From an uncultured bacterium (GTDB lineage: Bacteria > Bacillota_I > Bacilli_A > RFN20 > CAG-826), in contig CASFZN010000018.1 of the NCBI GenBank assembly GCA_949299195.1, forward strand, positions 262,129-326,128: a stretch of DNA of 64,000 nucleotides, in the 5' to 3' direction. Positions 60,206 through 64,000 of the stretch are shown piece after piece. The translations under genes were made by a program, and so were the position numbers. Position 1 is the stretch's first letter; the number at the start of each line of letters is the position of its first letter. The notes under the pieces are model-generated. The model was given only the letters and a program-made list of their open reading frames with translations, searched no databases and had not been told where the DNA came from.

Positions 60206-63200
60206 TTATGTTTTATACCTATAATCAATCAGTCCATATAATAATCCATAATATGAATCGTTTTGATTTAATGATGTGTTAATTTGAATTCGATAGACAT
60301 AACCTCCAATAACAGGAGTAATTGTTGTTTGCCCGAATACATCTCCTTCTGTAAACCCAGAAATATAAGCATATTCATTTGATCCAGGTTCATTATAAAT
60401 ATAAGCATAAGATTCAAAAGCTTCAATAAAGTGCGACCATCTATAAAAGTCTTCTCCTGGGTCATTAGCATAATAAACACCACCTTCATCCGTTGAGAAA
60501 CTAACTCCTACATCTATTAAATTATAAAAATCTTCCATTATAAAATTGTCATCATTAAGGATAGGTTTGTTTTCTGAATTAAAGGAACAACCTCTAATAG
60601 AAATACTTTTCAACACTCTATCTTCGCTTAAATCACTTGAATTCGCAGGTCCATAATTAAGCTCAATAAAGAGTCCATTAAAACCTTCCATATTAATTAG
60701 TCCGCCCAAATCTATAGTCATTGAGAAACTGCCATTTCCAGTTGATGGATCGTCCTTAGTTATAAAGTTTCCTATACACTCTTCAAGAGTTTTTGTGTTT
60801 GTTGTGTCTGTCGATTCCTCTTCAACCATAGATAATCCTACTTGGTAATAGATTATGCCCATTATTTCATCTCTATCTATTGCGATTGAAGCAATACCAG
60901 TAACTTCATCAATTAAGGTGTAATCTACTAAATAATAAAGAATGTTGGGAACACTAACTTCATCAGAACTTCCATTTGGATTGTATGATGTGGAGCCGAG
61001 AAGCTGTGCTTGTGTTAATTTAAATGTTTCGATTGAATAGTTATAACTATCCTCGTTTATTCCTGATATTTCTGGTCTAGATAGATTGAATCTATATATT
61101 TCGCATTCCGTATAAATAGTAAATTCAGAAGCATTTTTATTATCATAATAACCAAGGACAGAATTACCACCGAAAAAATTTTGATTTATGTTATTTATAT
61201 ATTTCTTGGCTCGTTCTTCCTGTCCTTTCTTGTTAGAGTAAATCTGTGAGTCAAAATATTTATATTGGTCTACCTTTACCTTATTATTACTAGATCCATG
61301 ATATGAAGCGATTGGTTTATTGGTACCGTTATACCCAAGATATCTTAAATCATCACTTAAGTCGTTTTGAAAACTATAAACCTCATAATCCTCAACTTTT
61401 TCTTGTATTTTATCTCCCTTCTCTACAAAAGAAGCTGTAGTTTTGGAGACATAACAAATTTCTGTGCCGTCTTCTAATCTTTTTGTAAAATATTCTATGT
61501 AGTATGGTCTTGTATTATACATGTAACCCGGTTGTTGGTCATTTGTATTTTTAGCTCTTTCAATAATGATATGAGATCTCGTTCCTGAATAAAGTGGTTC
61601 ATCTGCTCCAATATCTTTTTCATCGCATACTTCGACCATAGCGGTAACGGTTCTTGGTTCGATAAGATCTACTGATCCAAGATCAATATCCAGGCCTAGA
61701 ATTTTATACTTTAAGAATATGTTTACATCGAGCTTGCCCTTAATTTTGAAATATCTTCTATATGTAGAGTTAATTCCTAAAGTGATTAATGTTGATAAAT
61801 CTTTGACGTTGATAAAGTCGCTTTTATTAGTTAGGTAGTCGTAATCAACAAAGTCATGAGTTGTTGGGTCGCCTTCAACGGCTCCAAAAATATTATCTTC
61901 TTTTAAATTCTCGTCTCTTTCTAATGTGAGATTATCGATGGTTCCTAAATTAGGGATAGAAAGCGAATCCAACGTTAATTTATCAATTGAATATAAGTTT
62001 TTCTTTGTTTCTTCATTATATTCTTTTGAAGCTTTTAAGGTTATCTCACTCCAAGTTGGGTTTTCACTTTTATCAATAGTGATATTTCCCTCTTCGTCTT
62101 TTTCATATGTATCAAAAATTGCAGAAGAGATGCTTGCTTCGAGAACAATTTCATTGGAAATAGTCTCGATTTTCTTTATTTTTATATAGTCTGATATTAA
62201 AGTTTCTATTTCTTTATTTTCAATTAAATACATGATAATAAAGTTAGAATTTAAAGCGTTAATTATAGATTCTAAGTACGAATATAATAAATTGCTATCT
62301 TGAAGAGTTTTAATTTGTTCTAGTATCTCTAAAATAGAGGAAGCAGGAGAAACAATTTTAAATGATTCTTTGTTTTTTTTATTAAGTCTTAGATTTGCAA
62401 CAATAGTATCTTTTAAAACTTTATTACCTTTTATATCTTCATAATATTCCATTCCGTCATATTCTTTTATCGCTAAATTCTCATCATTTTTAGTACCATA
62501 ATATTTGAAAATAACATTCATAGGATTAGATAAAACGGGAGTTCTTTCTTTTCCTAATGAAGAGATTTTTCCTAAATCCATATTTCCTGAAACTAATTGA
62601 CCTTGGTAATTCATAAAGACATCGCCTAAAACCCCATAAGCGTTTTCTTTAGATACTAATGAAGTTGAAAGGTTATAGCCAAGTTTTTCAGTTTCGAAAG
62701 CATTTGAATTTTGGTTAGTAAATAAATCAATTAAGTCCATAATTATGGATATTTCTAATTTGTTATTTTCGTTAAGTTCACTACTATCAACAAAATTGCC
62801 TTTATTAAAATCATCATATCCATAGTTAAAGTTGATGACATAATTTCCATCATGAGTAGCAATATTTACATAAATTCCGATTAATTCTTGGAATCTTGTA
62901 TCATATAAAATCTTTATATATGGAGAGAATGATGGATCATTAACTGCCATTTCGTATTGGAAAATATATTCTGGATCGACGGTAATTTCTAAAGTTTCCC
63001 ATTCTTCATTAACATCAATCTTTAAGAATTTTTCTAATGGTCTTAAAGAAATGTTATCCATAATATATTGAATATCTTGGGTTAATTCGTAGTTTTCTAA
63101 TATTTCGTCAATATAATAATTGATGGTTCCAAGTATTTGTTCAAAATCAATATTAATTGAATTTTCTGTATTTTGTAAAAGCTCTAAAATAGTAGAGATT

Positions 63201-63961
63201 AAGGAATTAATTCCTTCAAAAGGAATGCAGATATATTTATCTTCTCCAAATAAATTTATTTCTACTATTAATGATTTTTTATTAGTTAAAGGATCATCTT
63301 GAATATAAATTCCTTTAACCATATTCATAATAGAAGCAATCGTTTCATTGATTCCACTTATTCCAAAATTAGTTAAAGCTAAATCAAAATTAGAGATAGA
63401 ATCTAAAGATAAATTATTAAAATCTAATTTTGATGCATTTAAATCGATGTTAGAAGAAAAACCAATATTTGAGTTATTTTTTAAATCAAATAATTGGAAG
63501 GACATCTTTCCGCCTAATGTTTTACGGTTTATTAAACTGGTTACTGATTCAATCATTCCAGGCAAGAAATCGTATGAAGGGAAAGATGATAAGTCGTATG
63601 GTTTAAGTTCGATTAAATCGTTAATTCTTAAAGAGGCATCAATAGTAGTTTCTTCATCAACTCTTAAGTTTTTAATCTCGATTGTTTTAAGTTTTAAATT
63701 GTGTAATCCAATTTTTATATCTAAGATCGATTCAGGGAGTCCAAAGACACTAGAATCTATCTTTAAAGATAATAAATTATTCTTTAAAGAATAAGATTTA
63801 ATACTACTTAAATAGGAAGAGATGTCTCGAGTGGTAGATATTTCTTTAAAAGAAGTAGTATTAAATAATGAATTAAGAGGCATATTTACATATTCATTAA
63901 AATCTATGTCAGTATAATTACTTACGACATCTAAAAGAGAAGAGATACCAGTATCTGACAT
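60206..63961 (-). CDS. Very large hypothetical protein (1251 aa), Asn/Ser/Thr/Tyr/Asp/Ile-rich
   Basis: Continuous ORF with a strong RBS (AAAGGAAGG) before ATG 63961. No signal peptide, TM segment or known domain recognised. Its upstream context lies beyond the window edge. Confidence 0.5.
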   Translation of the reverse strand: MSDTGISSLLDVVSNYTDIDFNEYVNMPLNSLFNTTSFKEISTTRDISSYLSSIKSYSLKNNLLSLKIDSSVFGLPESILDIKIGLHNLKLKTIEIKNLRVDEETTIDASLRINDLIELKPYDLSSFPSYDFLPGMIESVTSLINRKTLGGKMSFQLFDLKNNSNIGFSSNIDLNASKLDFNNLSLDSISNFDLALTNFGISGINETIASIMNMVKGIYIQDDPLTNKKSLIVEINLFGEDKYICIPFEGINSLISTILELLQNTENSINIDFEQILGTINYYIDEILENYELTQDIQYIMDNISLRPLEKFLKIDVNEEWETLEITVDPEYIFQYEMAVNDPSFSPYIKILYDTRFQELIGIYVNIATHDGNYVINFNYGYDDFNKGNFVDSSELNENNKLEISIIMDLIDLFTNQNSNAFETEKLGYNLSTSLVSKENAYGVLGDVFMNYQGQLVSGNMDLGKISSLGKERTPVLSNPMNVIFKYYGTKNDENLAIKEYDGMEYYEDIKGNKVLKDTIVANLRLNKKNKESFKIVSPASSILEILEQIKTLQDSNLLYSYLESIINALNSNFIIMYLIENKEIETLISDYIKIKKIETISNEIVLEASISSAIFDTYEKDEEGNITIDKSENPTWSEITLKASKEYNEETKKNLYSIDKLTLDSLSIPNLGTIDNLTLERDENLKEDNIFGAVEGDPTTHDFVDYDYLTNKSDFINVKDLSTLITLGINSTYRRYFKIKGKLDVNIFLKYKILGLDIDLGSVDLIEPRTVTAMVEVCDEKDIGADEPLYSGTRSHIIIERAKNTNDQQPGYMYNTRPYYIEYFTKRLEDGTEICYVSKTTASFVEKGDKIQEKVEDYEVYSFQNDLSDDLRYLGYNGTNKPIASYHGSSNNKVKVDQYKYFDSQIYSNKKGQEERAKKYINNINQNFFGGNSVLGYYDNKNASEFTIYTECEIYRFNLSRPEISGINEDSYNYSIETFKLTQAQLLGSTSYNPNGSSDEVSVPNILYYLVDYTLIDEVTGIASIAIDRDEIMGIIYYQVGLSMVEEESTDTTNTKTLEECIGNFITKDDPSTGNGSFSMTIDLGGLINMEGFNGLFIELNYGPANSSDLSEDRVLKSISIRGCSFNSENKPILNDDNFIMEDFYNLIDVGVSFSTDEGGVYYANDPGEDFYRWSHFIEAFESYAYIYNEPGSNEYAYISGFTEGDVFGQTTITPVIGGYVYRIQINTSLNQNDSYYGLLYGLIDYRYKT

Positions 63962-64000
63962 CCTTCCTTTTAAAAATGGATCTTTATTATCAGTATTTTG

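Overview
This is a low-GC (roughly 28-30 %) chromosomal segment from a monoderm Firmicutes or Mollicutes-related bacterium (Acholeplasma- or Erysipelotrichia-like). It uses the standard genetic code, with UGA read as stop: an RF2 gene carries the canonical CUU UGA C +1 frameshift site. About 60 protein genes fill the window, mostly housekeeping, in Bacillus-like synteny blocks: tmk-holB / yaaT-rsmI, dnaX-ybaB-recR, prfA-prmC-tsaC::rpiB, comFA-comFC, secA-prfB, uvrB ... secG ... ssrA (tmRNA), eno, uvrA-lgt-ppaX-whiA. Accessory content is described below in window order. At the 5' end sits a leader-controlled OYE-family flavoenzyme gene followed by split aconitase-X (DUF521 and DUF126) genes, with a convergent CAT-family acetyltransferase. 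Next come a GH3 glycosidase, a DUF1538 membrane protein with two PII-like genes, and a LysR / flavodoxin / cupin / CMD divergon. Downstream of the tmRNA lies a small cluster: an Lsa-sized ABC-F protein, ogt, and an ECF sigma / anti-sigma pair with a divergent WYL regulator. The 3' part of the window holds tandem paralogous membrane proteins, a macro-HTH fusion, an Fe-ADH, an L-serine dehydratase and a 1251-aa low-complexity protein abutting the window edge. No rRNA, tRNA, CRISPR array, integrase or transposase was seen. The most striking signal is a 26-bp perfect palindrome, AAAAAGTTTCCACGTGGAAACTTTTT (16-bp core GTTTCCACGTGGAAAC). It occurs 9 times in 64 kb: 6 intergenic copies with terminator-like A/T flanks, and 3 copies embedded in frame inside coding sequence (twice in prmC, once in the GH3 gene). 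A second shared upstream motif (ACTNCTAAAATTAGGTTTT) and several operator-like palindromes are also noted. All calls rest on reading the sequence and translations by eye; no database searches were run.
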